Below are positions 38,945 through 51,981 of a stretch of DNA of 64,000 nucleotides, one piece after another. Location of the stretch: contig NC_057719.1 in assembly GCF_004010195.1 (NCBI RefSeq), positions 85,380,923 through 85,444,922 on the forward strand. The letters are read 5' to 3'. Positions within the stretch are counted from its first letter, which is position 1. Each line of letters starts with the position of its first letter. Position numbers and translations under genes: made by a program. The notes beneath the pieces are model-generated. The model saw only the letters and a program-made list of their open reading frames with translations. It made no database searches and was not told the origin of the DNA. The stretch comes from Chiloscyllium plagiosum (lineage: Eukaryota).

Positions 38945-39370
38945 GTATAGCACTTTCCACAACTGAAATCTCAAAGTCTTTACAGTGACGAAACTACTTG
39001 TTTCAAAAGTTTCATCAATATAATAATGTAGGAGACACGGCAGTCAATATATGCACATCAATTTCACAAACCAGCAATTCGATAGTGGCCAGGTAATTTG
39101 TTTTCTTGTGATGTTAATTGACAGATAAATATTGACCAGGTCACTGAGGATAACTCTCCTCCTCTTCTTCAACATACTGTCATTAGGATTTTTCACATTC
39201 ATCCAAACAGGCCTTCAGTCTAATGTCTCATTCAAAAGGTAGCACCTCGGATGTTACACTACTCTGTCACTGCTGCACTGGAGAGTCAGCATTTAGTTTT
39301 GTGCTCAAATCCTGGAGTGGAACTTAAACCTGGAACTCTGTGACTCACAACCAAGATGGGTCATTGCTGA
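38945..39370 (-). mobile_element. Decayed Deu-domain SINE (SacSINE1/AmnSINE-like)
   Basis: TAATGTCTCATTCAAAAGGTAGCACCTC...CTGCACTGGAGAGTCAGC...CCTGGAGTGGAACTTAAACC resembles the DeuSINE core and tRNA head as recalled. Confidence 0.55.
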
Positions 39371-39874
39371 TAGACAAAGGCAGAAAAGAGAATCAGGTCA
39401 AGGTGTGAAAAGAAGCCCGGAGGGATTTGATAGGGTCAAACATATAATAGCACAAAGCTGCTTTTAACTCCTCGTGCTGTCTATACACCTCAACCCTGAT
39501 TTAATGTGTGTCGGGTTCCCAGACAATAACTTGGTTGCCAATCTCTGCAGTGCTACTGAAGGCAACATGCAATAGGTAAGGATAGGAGAGTTAGTTTGCC
39601 CACTGGAAACTGAATGTAACTATCAGCCAGCTTGAGCTGTGAAGCACTGAATGGAAAGCAAGAAAACCTGGTACAAAAGTAGCGAACTGTACTGGAATAG
39701 AATCCCAGAATTGTTGCAGCACAGAGGAAGGCTATTCAGTAAACCAAGACTACTCTGGCTCTCCAAATGCACAAGTAACATTGTGCCATTTTCCAGTCTT
39801 CTCTCTGTAACCCGATATATTCTTCTCCTCAAATAATAGTCAACTTCCCTTTTGAATGCCTCGATTGAATCTGG

Positions 39875-40017
39875 AATTGATTGAGTCTCCACAACCACCT
39901 GATGAAGGAGCGTCACTCCAAAAGCTGGTGCTTCCAATTAAATCTGTTGGACTATAACCTGGTGTTGTGTGATTTTTAAATTTGTACACCCCAGTCCAAC
40001 ACTGGCATCTCCAAACT
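39875..40017 (+). mobile_element. Penelope family C terminal-repeat insert with hammerhead motif (G12 mutated to A)
   Basis: CAC-CTGATGA-A-GGAG..CTCC-AAAAG at 39896-39924. The duplication GATTGAATCTGG occurs at 39863-39874 and 40018-40029. Confidence 0.78.
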
Positions 40018-40099
40018 GATTGAATCTGGCTCTGACACTCTGACAGTTCACTCCAGTTCCTAACCACTGAGTGTGTGAAAGAAGTTCCTCATGTCACTT

Positions 40100-41513
40100 T
40101 TGTAGCCATGCCTTTTAATACACTGTCTGGGAGAGAGAGTTTTGGGGAGTGATGAATTTGTGTTTACATTGGGAAACTTCACTAATGAGTATTAAGTTTT
40201 CAGATAGCATTTTCAATATTTAGTCATTTTGGAGGGGCTTAGGGAAAACACCCATAGCTTAAAAAAAGTTTTTTTTTAAACTTCCAAACAAAACCAGAAA
40301 GTGCTGGACAAACTCAGCAGATCTGGCAGCATTCATTGAAAGAAAAACAGACCTACTGTTGAATTCAGTGACACTTTGCCAACATTTTAGTTTCAGTTTG
40401 GACAGTTCTGCAGGGTATTTAGTTAAAACTGGATATGTAGAAGAATTGTTTTAATTATATTACGAATCTGGAAAGAGGCTATCATGTTCTCCTGACTGTG
40501 AACTGAAGCCATAGCTAAGTCAAATCATACGTGGGATAGAGAAGAGCTGATGTTCGAGTGCTGTAATGGGACGTTGTTGAGATCAATGGGATTGTATTTT
40601 GTGAAAGAACATCCCCTTTAATTCTTAAAATTTTTCATTATTAACTGAAATGGGAAAAGGATTGATTTAAAAATTAAGGATTGTTGAAGGATTACTGTAC
40701 TTTTCAAGCAAGTAACTTTACACTCATTGCAAGTGCTATTTATGAAGCTGTCTGTTCAAGCATTGAGAAGAGGTCTAGTTACAAGTGAGCTGGAGCTTGG
40801 AAGCTGTGACAGATGAAGATCTGACTGGCAAAACACAACTGATTGACCTGTGAAATGGAGAGCAGCTATCAATGACAGAGACATCCTGCCTGCCAATAAC
40901 TAACTATGTGACGGGCTCCAAAGTAGCTGAACAGCTTGGGATGTGTGAATTTTTGGATCAGAAGTTACTGGACATTGGAAGGAGCTGCTTTTGCTTTGCA
41001 GTAGAAAGCATCCAAAACCTGAAGATAGCCAGTTTATTTTCCCTCTTCATTTGCTATAAGCTGTGACTTTTAATTAAGACGTCAGAGACCTTTATGTGTG
41101 TGAACCAGTCATCTAGAATCTCATGCAAGTGAAAGAATCTTGAGAAGAAATATTGAGTTCTGATCAGCAAACTTTGCAGACAGGGATCATCTTCCATGTC
41201 TTTCCTTTCTCTCACAAAACCCTTTTCTTATGTCTTCATGTGTGTGTACAGAGGGGAAATATTATTGTGGGTTAGAGTTTTACCTGGTACAGCTATGTGT
41301 CAACAGTTCATAATTGGTTATCTATAGTTAAAATATATTTATTTGTAATAAAGAGTCATTCTTGTCAAGTATAGAGATCTGATCCATGCTGTCAACCTGA
41401 ATCTAAGAGGTAAATTGGGGAAATCTTCACTCATCTTAAAATCTTTAATGTTTATGACGACTCCGGGAATAAGGAAGTCTTCATTTCCAACATGCTACCC
41501 CAGTGATAGTAAC
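40100..41513 (+). mobile_element. Possible solo LTR
   Basis: Non-coding about 1.4-kb block starting TGTAG, with an AATAAA near 41347 and ending ...GTAACA. No partner LTR or target-site duplication was confirmed. Confidence 0.3.
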
Positions 41514-43263
41514 ACATTAAAATGTGTTACTAAGTGTTTAAACTTGTGTTTTATTTTTTTAAACTACATTACCTTCAACTCTTTGTGCAATAAACTTGCA
41601 TTTTATTGCTAAATCTGAATCTGTAGCACAGTGTGAATTTGCATTTTCGCGAAAGACCATCTTGTGACAACCAACAAAAAACAAATGTCAAGCCAGACTT
41701 CAATCTGGGATGTCTTGTCCAGTAATAAATCATAACACTTTGGTTTCTTTCTGCCACTTGTTTTAAATCTCAGCCCTCTTGTTCTCAGTTCTTTCACATG
41801 TGCAAACAATTTCTCTATCTGCTCCATCCAGACCATTCATGATCTTGAATACCTCTGTCAAAACGTTCCACAGGGATTGGCATGGCTTGTATTTCAAACA
41901 GTATATTTGTCAAGCAGTATAGACATATTATCTTATCACGGGACAGTATCAGGAAAAAGCTTGTCATTAGGAAATTGGATGCCATGCAGCAAAATGCTGC
42001 TGCAGAGTTAACTGCTCTTACCATTCTCTCACAATTGTGCCAGCTATGATCTCCAAGCTAAACTCAGCTTGAATGGAGGTTCTTTTTAAAATCAACATGA
42101 CTTGGCATCAGCAGAAACCAACAGCAACTTTTCAAATTTCATCCCATTGAACTGCATATAGACCACAGTAATATTTCCACTCCCAAGGTAGCCTGTGTAA
42201 GGTGCAGAGTGACCATTGGAGTTACTCTCGATACTGACTTAGTTTGATCATTTATTTTTCAAATGGACTAATTATCCACATCACCAAAACGGCACCATGT
42301 ACAGATGTAGCCAAAATTTCATCAGCTGCTGGGGACAGACGAGGGAGTTCTCCTTTCCCACCTCTGCTTTTAATCCCAGCCTTCTCCAGCCACTCTACCA
42401 CTTGGGTCCAAGCCCTTCCTGATGATAGGAGAGGCTATGCCTAAAGGCTGGGAATGCAGTGCTTCCCCTTGCTCAGGAGTGACCCACGTCGGTTTCTACA
42501 TGCTAAAACAGTTGCTAGCACATGCATTGTTGGTGTTGGCTGGCAGTGCCACTTTGTTGCTGTGCACATACTCCATCTGGTGTTGGTGTTTACAATAAAT
42601 GCACCCTTTCCTTAAATAAAAACTGCTCGCTGAATTTTGCAATTTAAAATAAATTGAATATAAAAGTTCACCAAACACGATAATGGAAAATAAAACTTTT
42701 CACAAGGCTCAGTGTTGAAATAGTTTAAAACTGGTACAGTTACAATGTTTAAAAGACACCTAAAATACTCATAAGAAATGTTTGAAAGGATATAGGCCAA
42801 GCGCAGGCAAGTGGGACTAGTCTAGTTTGGTATTATGATTGACATGGACTGGTTGGACCAAAGGGTCTGTTTCCATGCTGTATGACACTAATTCCTAACA
42901 ATAGTCCACAGTCAGGGCAATTGCATTAATGTAGACCCACTGATAATCTTTGCTTGTGAACAAACCAGGCACTCTATCATTCATACCAACCTAAGACATT
43001 CTGTGTTCAATCAGCACATGAGATGTGAAGGTATAGAAATAGTATCAACATCCAGTATGGATTAAATGCAGAAATACATTCCACGAGAGACTTACCGACC
43101 AAATGCCATTTGAGCAATAGTAATCATAAATTAGGATGCATTTCACACGAAAAGGTCACCACAAATTAGATCTACTTGCAGCATCAGAATTCACTTCACA
43201 GCAAAACCACAGCATCTAGCAACAACTGATTCGACTTTAATTAATTTTAATTAAAATTAATTT

Positions 43264-43618
43264 GGATGGCACAGTGGCTCAGTGGTTGACAGTGCTGCCT
43301 CACAGCACTAGGGTCTCGGGTTCGATTCCAATCTGGGGTAACTGTCTGTGTGGAGTTTGCACATTCGCCTTGTGTCTGCATGGCTTTACTCTGGGTACTC
43401 CAATTTCGTCCCACAGTCCAAAGACGTGCAGGTTAGGTGGTTTGGCCATTCTAAATTGCCCCGTAATATCCAGGGATGTGTAGGACATGGATTGAGTAAA
43501 TGCAGAGTTACAGGGATCAGGTGGGGGCAGGGACTGAGTGGGATGCTTTTCTGAGGGCTGTTGTAGACTTGATAGGCAAAATGGCCTCTTTCTGCACTGT
43601 AGGGATTGTATGATTTCT
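43264..43618 (+). mobile_element. HE1-type V-SINE
   Basis: GGCACAGTGGCTCAGTGGTT...GGTTCGATTCC head. Confidence 0.88.
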
Positions 43619-43839
43619 AATGCACGTGTTGGTGGCAAAAGATCAGACTGCAAAGTCACCCCACAATACTAAATATCTCGAAACACAGATTGTTAGTCTG
43701 TACGCTTGTCACCAATTCAATCCACAAAGAGCTCATACTGTTCTCAGATTAATAATTCAGGTCGAGGAGATTTAAGATATGACTGCTATTCTTATAGTAA
43801 CGTGGACATTGCTGACTAGGCCAATATTTGCTGACCTAT

Positions 43840-43979
43840 ATGGAGTGTGTGTTCCTGATGAAGGGCTTATGCCCGAAACATCAATGTTCCTGCTCCTCGG
43901 TTGCTGCCTGACCTGCTGTGCTTTTCCAGCACCACACTCTTGACTCTAATCTCCAGCATCTGCAGTCCTCACTTTCACC
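43840..43979 (+). mobile_element. Penelope family A terminal insert with hammerhead core and 15-bp target-site duplication, inside an old LINE
   Basis: CTGATGA-A-GGGC-TTAT-GCCC-GAAAC-ATC at 43855-43882. TATTTGCTGACCTAT at 43825-43839 and 43980-43994. Confidence 0.85.
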
Positions 43980-44554
43980 TATTTGCTGACCTATCCCTAA
44001 CTACACCTTCAAAGGTAGTAGTGAATTGCTGCAGTCCTTGGGTTGCAGGGACATCCACAGGGCAGCTCAGAAAGGAGTTTCAACAAATTGATGCTGCAAC
44101 TGTCAAGGAATGATAACAACATAGGATGTTGAGAGATTTGGAGAAGAACTCAAGAGCTGGTGGTTTTCCCGTATGTCTAACGCCCTTTTCCTTCTAAGTG
44201 GCAGGGGTTACTGGGGAAAGGTCCTGTGAGAGGAAGCTTGAGATGCTGCAATGCACCCGATAGATGGTACACACTGTTGCCAATCTGTGTTTTTGGTGTG
44301 GGGAGTCAATATTTCCATTGATGGATCAAGTGTTGATCAAACAAGCTGTTTTGTCTTGTTGAGAGTCAATAGATGACATAGCTACTCAAACCTCCCAGCC
44401 TCTGAGCTGCTCTTGTGGCGCAAGTGTTTATAAGGGTGGTCCAGATTTCTGGTCGATTGTAACCTCCAAGATGTCAATAGTGTGGGTGTCAGCAGTGGAA
44501 ATGCCATTGAACATTAAGGTGTGATAGAATAATAGAATTAAGAATAATAGAACA

Positions 44555-44920
44555 GAATCACAGAATCCCTATAGTACAGTACAGTACAAAAAAATCATAA
44601 TGGGATTCAGCCTATCATATCTGCACCAACCCTCCAAAACAGCATCCACCCAGACCTGTGGACCCCATCCCGTCCCCACATATAGTTTTTACTTTGGCTA
44701 AGCCCCTAACCTGCACTTGCCTGGACATTACAGACAATTTTTTTTTAGTGTTGCTAGTCCACCTAACCTGTACTTCTTGGATTGTGGGAGGAAACTGGAG
44801 CATCCGGAGGAAACCCACGCAGACATGGGGAGAACGTGCAAACTCCACACAGTCACCCAAGGCTGGAATCGAACCTGGTCCCTGGTGCTGAGACATCAAT
44901 GCTAATTACTGAGCCACCAA
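44555..44920 (-). mobile_element. HE1-type V-SINE
   Basis: Reverse complement of the HE1 head and body. Confidence 0.85.
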
Positions 44921-45282
44921 TGTCTCGATGCATACACTCTCGTTTGTCGGAGTTGGTCATTTGCGCAACACACATGCCACTTGCAGGCCCAAGCATGAAT
45001 ATTGTCCAGATCTTGTATTCCAGACTGCTTCAGCATCTGAGGATATATGAGAGAGTAATTAATTAATTCTTCTTGCAAACAAGTCCACTGCAATGGGACA
45101 ATCTAAAAATTACAGCTCAGTAATACAGAGTTGATGTCCTCAGGCAAAAGGCAGTGCAAATCCGAAATGGATCTGAGACGGCTATGGAAGCTAGACATCA
45201 ACAGAATGTTAACATGATTTTAGAGTAATGGGACCAAAATAGGTATATGGCATTGAGATACAGATAGACCATGACTTAATTG

Positions 45283-46497
45283 CATGACACCAGGTTATAA
45301 TTCAACAGGTTTATTTGAAAGTACAACTTTTCAGACCACTGCTCCTTCATCAGGTAGCTAGTGGAGTAGGATCATAGAACACAGAATTTATAGCAAAAGA
45401 TCACAGCGTTATACATGGATGCATTATATTGAACATATAACATCGACATGTATAATGGTAGTATCAATGGGGAACACCACCCACCATGTACGCGGCAGGT
45501 ACTCATGTGACTCAGCCAACGTTGTCTATCTGATAATGCTTGAGGCATGGTATAAATGGTGAAACCAAGCAGAGGCTACGACAATGGATAAATGGACACC
45601 GCACAGTGGGGAGATGTATTCTCTGAATGGGAGGGAACATCAGTGACCAGGGGCATTCAGCCTCGGATCCTTGCGTGACGGTCCTCCAAGACAGACTTCG
45701 GGATATGCAACAACGCAGAGTGGCCAAGCAGAGGTTGATAACCAAGTTTGGTATCCATAAGGAGGGCCTCAACAGGGACCTTGGATTTGTGTCACACTAC
45801 AGGTGACCCCACTACACAAACACGCTCTCTCACACATTCTCAAAACACTCTCACAGACCCTCTCTCATACACACACATCCCCACGTTCTATCAAGCACAC
45901 ACATACATTCACACTCTCTCTGTCCCTCTATTGCATACATACGCACACAAGTTGATGGAGTGAATTTGTATTTACAGAATTGCATTCGCAGATACATTCA
46001 ATTTTGTTCAAAAAAAAAAGCACACAATCATAGGCAGTCAATATTTTTCATAATCCATGTAAAATTTTATAAATTCCAACTTTGGAAACAGAACCAGTCT
46101 GACTCAAGATTGGGATACAGCCAGACTCTAACCTCACACCTTTAAGGCATTGTCCGAGCGGAGATCTCACCTTTTTTATAAAACCTTAGGTTATCTCGGG
46201 AATGTGACTTGAAAGTAGTTCTGGGATTTACATATTAATAAAATCAAAACCTGCAACACATTCCAAAATATGAAAGACGTAACAGCAATCTAAGTTTTTT
46301 TCAATATATCGCATCAGTGTATGACACTATGATCTTTTTCTATAAATTCTGTGTCCTATCATCCGACTCCACTAGCTACCTGATGAAGGGGCAACACTCT
46401 GAAATATTGTGCTTCCAAATAAGCCTGTTGAACTATAACCTGGTGTCATGTAATTTTTAGTTTTGTCCACCCCCAGTCCAACACCGGGACCTCACAT
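45283..46497 (+). mobile_element. 5'-truncated Penelope-like element (family C) with inverted terminal repeats and GIY-YIG remnant
   Basis: About 45283-45410 is the reverse complement of about 46325-46450. Internal peptides ...GRYSCDSANVVYLI...GETKQRLRQWINGHR...QRLITKFG..KEGLNRDLG. Both termini carry decayed CTGATGA...GAAA. Confidence 0.85.
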
Positions 46498-47039
46498 CAT
46501 GATCTAATTGAAATGCAGAAGAGACTCGAGGCATGAAATAACATACTACTGTTGCTGTGAACATCCTGCTCAACTGTTTCAAGTAATGTGTATAATGGCC
46601 GCCATAAACTAAAGTGAAAGCCAGTTACAGAGGTAGAGATCACATGACAAATGCAAACCAACTTAGATGTACAATTGCTTTTCTCCAAGTATATAACAAA
46701 TGTGCATGCATGTTATCTGCTGTTAGACATATTCCAAGATATACCGTTAAAGAAAAACCTCCATGATCAAAACTCTTAAGTCAAATCTGTTCCACTTTGT
46801 CTCTGCACATGTATTTAGTCCATTATCTCTAAAGCATGTATGTGTTTTATTGATATGCTTGCAAGTTGCTGTTGTCAGTTTGTCTGGTGTCTGCTTATTC
46901 CTGAATTGATATTCTTTCTCTAGGAAGTGTCATTTCTGCTTGATCAAAGCAAGACAATTTCCTTTCAGATTCAATGTCTCTGCTGGGTTCATGATTTCCA
47001 GAGTATGTTGGGTTGTTGCTGTTTTTTTTAAATTTCAAG

Positions 47040-47555
47040 TCATGGAATCACACAGTACTCCTCAGTCCAATTTGTCCTTGCCAACTATGTTTCCTCAGCT
47101 GAACTAATCCCACTTGCCTGCGTTTGGCACATATCCCTCTAAACCTTTCCTATTCATGAACCTGTCCAAATGTCTTTTAAAATATTGATATTGTAACCAC
47201 CTCTACCACTTCCTTTGGCATCTCATTTTATACATGCACCACCCTCTGCAAGAAGCAGTTGACACATAGGTCCTTTTTAAATCTTGCCCATGCCCTCTCG
47301 TTTTGGACTCTCCTTCCCTTCGAAGAACTTGACTATTCACCTTATCCATGCCCCCCATGATTTTATACATCTCTACGAGGTCACCCCTCAGCCTCCGACG
47401 CTCCAGGAAAAAAAAGTCCTAGCCTCTGCAGGCTCTCCTTATAACAAAAAGTGTCCAGTCCCAGAAACATCCTTGCAAATGTTTTCTGCACACTTTCCCG
47501 TTTAACAACATTTTTCCTATATCATGGCAACTATAACTGTATGCAATATTCTAAA
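47040..47555 (-). mobile_element. CR1 LINE 3' end
   Basis: Reverse complement of the CR1 3' region seen at 59270-60020. Confidence 0.8.
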
Positions 47556-48112
47556 AGAAGTTGCTTTTTGTCTATGTCCCAAAACCAGTTGACATCCTTA
47601 GCAGTGAACTTGTGCAAATATTCACACTCTGATGACAAATTGGGCAAGAACTTTCCAGACACTTGACAAATCCAACAGATCGTTGTTCTGCTTTCATATT
47701 ATTGATCAATTCATCTCTGCTTCACCTGGTCAGGATCCAGGTAAAGTCTTTGTTCTGTCAGAACATGACTGTTGTACACAGCTTCAACAGCTTCATCTGC
47801 ATTATTTCCTTTTTGTTCCATTATTTTATCACATTTTTTCTTTTACTGCCTCTCCTGCTTTCACTTACTATCATCAGCTGCCAGCTCCTCAAAGGACAAT
47901 TTCTTGGCCTTCTCATCTTTATTTCAATTTTCCAACATCTTCTGAGTCAGTGAGGCCCATTGCTCCCCTATGCTGACACTGTGCCAATGTGCTCTAAATT
48001 TCGTCGTCAAGAGAAACTCAACATCAGCCCTCCTCAATCTCTTCTGAAGTTCTATTTTGATTGAGATTGCCTCTCATTCTTCTAAACTCCAGAGAATAGT
48101 AGTTCAACTCAC

Positions 48113-48587
48113 TCACGAGGTCAATTCCTGGAATGGCGGGATTACCTTATGCTGAAAGACTGGAGCGACTGGGCTTGTATACCCTTGAGTTTTGAAGACC
48201 GAGAGGGGATCTGATGGAGACATATAAGATTGTTAAAGGATTGGACATTCTGGAGGCAGGAAACATGTTTCCGCTGATGGGTGAGTGCCGAACCAGAGGA
48301 CACAGCTTAAAAATACGGGGTAGACCATTTAGGACAGAGATGAGGAGAAACTTCTTCACCCAGAGAGTGGTGGCTGTGTGGAATGCTCTGCCCCAGAGGG
48401 CAGTGGAGGCCCAGTCCCTGGATTAATTTAAGAAAGTTGGATAGAGCTCTGAAGGATAGTGGAATCAAGGGTTATGGAGATAAGGCAGGAACAGGATACT
48501 GATTAAGGATGATCAGCCATGATCATACTGAATGGTGGTGCAGGCTCAAAGGGCAGAATGGCCTATTCCTGCACCTATTGTCTATTG
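48113..48587 (+). mobile_element. Young CR1 3' end inserted in an older antisense CR1
   Basis: Highly similar to 22433-22910. The flanks at about 48060-48112 and 48588-48770 continue an older minus-strand CR1. Confidence 0.88.
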
Positions 48588-49159
48588 CCTTATGATAATT
48601 CCCTCACCCAGGGACTAACTTAGTGAATTCTCACTAGATCACCTCATTGCTAGCACATACTCTCTTAAATATGGAGACCAAAACTGCACATTGTATTGCA
48701 AGTGTGGTCGCACAAAAAGCTCGTATAAATTATTCTTTATTCTTGTACTCAGATCTCATTAAACCCGAAGGTTAAAATGCCAGGTCTTAATATTGCTAAT
48801 AAAGGCGAGTGTAAGAACTAATTTATTTTATTTGAAATACAAGCTGGAAGATGGATTCTTGGATAGTGTTGCAGAAAATCAACTCGTTATTTTTCAACTC
48901 TAAGCAGAACTAGAACTTTGGGGTTACATTAAAACATGCAATTTCTCAAGAAATTGGATTTCATACTTGTGCAAGACAAATCGGCATCAGGTGCCTTTGG
49001 ATCGAAATAAACAAAAACTGCCCAGCAGCAGCTTTTAGGCTGCTTTCAAGTAGCCGATTGTCACAGAAACGAGAAGAGAGCTTCAGGTAATCAGAGCTTC
49101 AAAAACCTGAAAGGACACCAAACCATTCCACTCAGAGTGGAAAATAATTAACAACAAGT

Positions 49160-50815
49160 GAGGTACTGGAAGACTGGAGGTTGGCTAACGTGTTGCCACT
49201 ATTTAAGAAAGGTGGTAAGGACATAGACCAGTTAGCCTAACATCGGTTGTGGGCAAGTTGTTGGAGGGAATCCTGAGGATTTACATGTATTTGGAAAGGC
49301 AAGGACTGATTAGGGATAATCAACATGTCTTTATGCGTGGGAAGTCATGTCTCACAAACTTGATTGAGTATTTTGAAGAAGTAACAAAGAGGATTGATAA
49401 GGGCAGAGTAGTAGATGTGATCTATATGGACTTCAGTAAGGTACTTGACAAGGTTCCCCATGGGAGACTGGTGAGTGAGGTTAGATCTCATGGAATACCG
49501 GGAGAACTCGCCATTTGGAGGGTGGTGGTGGAGGGTTGTTTTCAGACTGGAGGCCTGTGACCAGTGGAGTGCCACAAAGATCAGTGCTGGGTCCACTACT
49601 TTTCATCATTTGTATAAATGATTTGGATGCGAGCATAAGAAGTATAGTTAGTAAGTTTGCTGATTACATCAAAATTGGAGGTGTAGTGGACAGTGAAGGT
49701 CACCTCAGATTACAATGGGATCTTGATCAGATGAACTAATGGGCTGAGAAGTACAGGTTGAATTTAATTTAGATAAATGCGAGGTGCTGCATTTTGGGAA
49801 AGCAAGTCTTAGTAGGACTTATAGACTTAATGGTAAAGGTCCTAGGGAGTGTTGCTGAACAAAGAGACCTTGGAGTGCAGGTTCATAGTTCCTTGAAAGT
49901 GGAATCGCAGGTGGATAGGATAGTGAAGGCGGCGTTTGGTATGCTTTCCTTTATTGGTCAGAGTATTGAGTACAGGAGTTGGGAGNNNNNNNNNNNNNNN
50001 NNNNNNNNNNNNNNNNNNNNNNNNNNNNNNNNNNNNNNNNNNNNNNNNNNNNNNNNNNNNNNNNNNNNNNNNNNNNNNNNNNNNNNNNNNNNNNNNNNNN
50101 NNNNNNNNNNNNNNNNNNNNNNNNNNNNNNNNNNNNNNNNNNNNNNNNNNNNNNNNNNNNNNNNNNNNNNNNNNNNNNNNNNNNNNNNNNNNNNNNNNNN
50201 NNNNNNNNNNNNNNNNNNNNNNNNNNNNNNNNNNNNNNNNNNNNNNNNNNNNNNNNNNNNNNNNNNNNNNNNNNNNNNNNNNNNNNNNNNNNNNNNNNNN
50301 NNNNNNNNNNNNNNNNNNNNNNNNNNNNNNNNNNNNNNNNNNNNNNNNNNNNNNNNNNNNNNNNNNNNNNNNNNNNNNNNNNNNNNNNNNNNNNNNNNNN
50401 NNNNNNNNNNNNNNNNNNNNNNNNNNNNNNNNNNGGAGCGTCAGAGGCTGAGGGGTGACCTCAGAGATTTATAAAGTCATGAGGGGCATGGATAGGATAA
50501 ATAGACAAGGTATTTTCCCTGGGGTGGGGGCATAGGTTTGGGTGAGAGGGGAAAGACATAAAAGAGACCTAAGAGGCAACTTTTTCACGCAGAGGGTGGT
50601 ACGTGTATGGAATGAGCTGCCAGAGGAAGTGATGGTGGCGAGTATAATTGCAACATTTAAAAGGCATCTGGATGGGTATATGAATAGGAAGGGTTTGGAG
50701 GGATATGGGCCGGGTGCTGGCACGTGGGACTAGATTGGATTGGGATATCTGGTCAGCATGGACTGTTTGGACCGAAGGGTCTGTTTCTGAGCTGTTCATC
50801 TCTATGACTCTATGA
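49160..50815 (+). mobile_element. CR1 LINE RT and 3' end spanning an assembly gap (49986-50434)
   Basis: Peptide blocks GKSCLTNLIEYFEEVT, YMDFSKVLDKVPH and SGVPQRSVLGPLLF, plus a (CTCTATGA)n-type tail. Confidence 0.92.
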
Positions 50816-51869
50816 ACCAAAGAGTCTGCAAAGAGAAAATCTTCCAACTCAAGCCAAAACCTTAGACTAACCAACCAGCTACTGAATTGAGGACTGTTAC
50901 AGTTATACAACACAATACAGCACAAAAACAAGCCCTTTGGCGCACCAAGCTTGCGCCAATTCCCATTCCGTATTCAAACCCTCTATTTATTGCATGTGCA
51001 TGAAATCTATCCCTTAGTTTGCCTCATGTTTATGTATCTATCAAGCTACACCTTAAAATGTTACTAATGTGCCTCTTTCCACCACGAGATCTAGATTTAG
51101 GGTATAAGAAAAGCCCTGTAAGTTTAAACACTTGCCGGTTAGGGTCGGTGATCTTAAAATAAAACGTAGGTGAGACAATTTGTTTAATTTCGTTTACTTG
51201 TGCTTTTTTGAAATTAAAAGTGAGAGAAATAGCTCTTAAAATTGCAAAAGAGGTTCTGGGGTTTGAAGAAAGTTTAGAAAGAAAAAACCATACTCTTAGC
51301 ATTAGCAAAGAGGTGGGAGAGAGTGAGGGCGAGGGCGAGGGGTGAGAGTGAGTTCTTGGTGAGCAAAGAGAGCGAGAAGATAGAGATAGAGATAGAGAGA
51401 ATGAATTTGAACTTGAGAAGTTGTGACTTAGTCAGCAAAGTCAAGTTAACAAAATGGAGATTAAAAGAGAAGGTAGTGATAGATGGGTGCAGACTTTAAA
51501 AATAGATAAAACCTATGAGACTCTAAGAGAGATTATTCTGTTGGAGGAGTTTAAAAACTCACTTCCAGAGATAAGAATTCACATGGAGGAACAGAAAGTT
51601 CTGCAAGTAAGAAGAGCAGAAGAATATACATTGGTGCATATGACAAGCTTCCAGCAAGAATTTCATCCTGTGAGAGATACAAATTGGGAGAAGGGGAGAT
51701 CCTACACTACGAAACAAAGAATAGAGAACACTAAGTGTTTACCACAGCTTAGAAAAGAAGCCTAAGAGGGTGGAAAAGTAGTAAAAGGCCTCAGGTGTTT
51801 CCACTATGGTACAGTGGAACAGGTGAAGTCACAGTGCTGGTCGTTAAAGAAAGGCACTGTGGGAATAGA

Positions 51870-51981
51870 GGAGAAAGTGAGGTCTACAGATACTGGAGAT
51901 CAGAGCTGAAAATGTGTTCCTGAGAAGGGCTTATGCCCGAAACGTCGATTCTCCTGTTCCCTGGATGCTGCCTGACCTGCT
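51870..51981. mobile_element. Penelope family A short insert within the LTR element, 16-bp target-site duplication
   Basis: GCACTGTGGGAATAGA at 51854-51869 and 51982-51997. The hammerhead core has a 1-nt deletion (CTGA-GA-A-GGGCTTATGCCC-GAAACGTC). Confidence 0.85.

Noticed and set aside
49794..50474. Long ORFs spanning N runs (also 29888-30339)
   Set aside because: Their length is an artefact of assembly gaps inside repeats.
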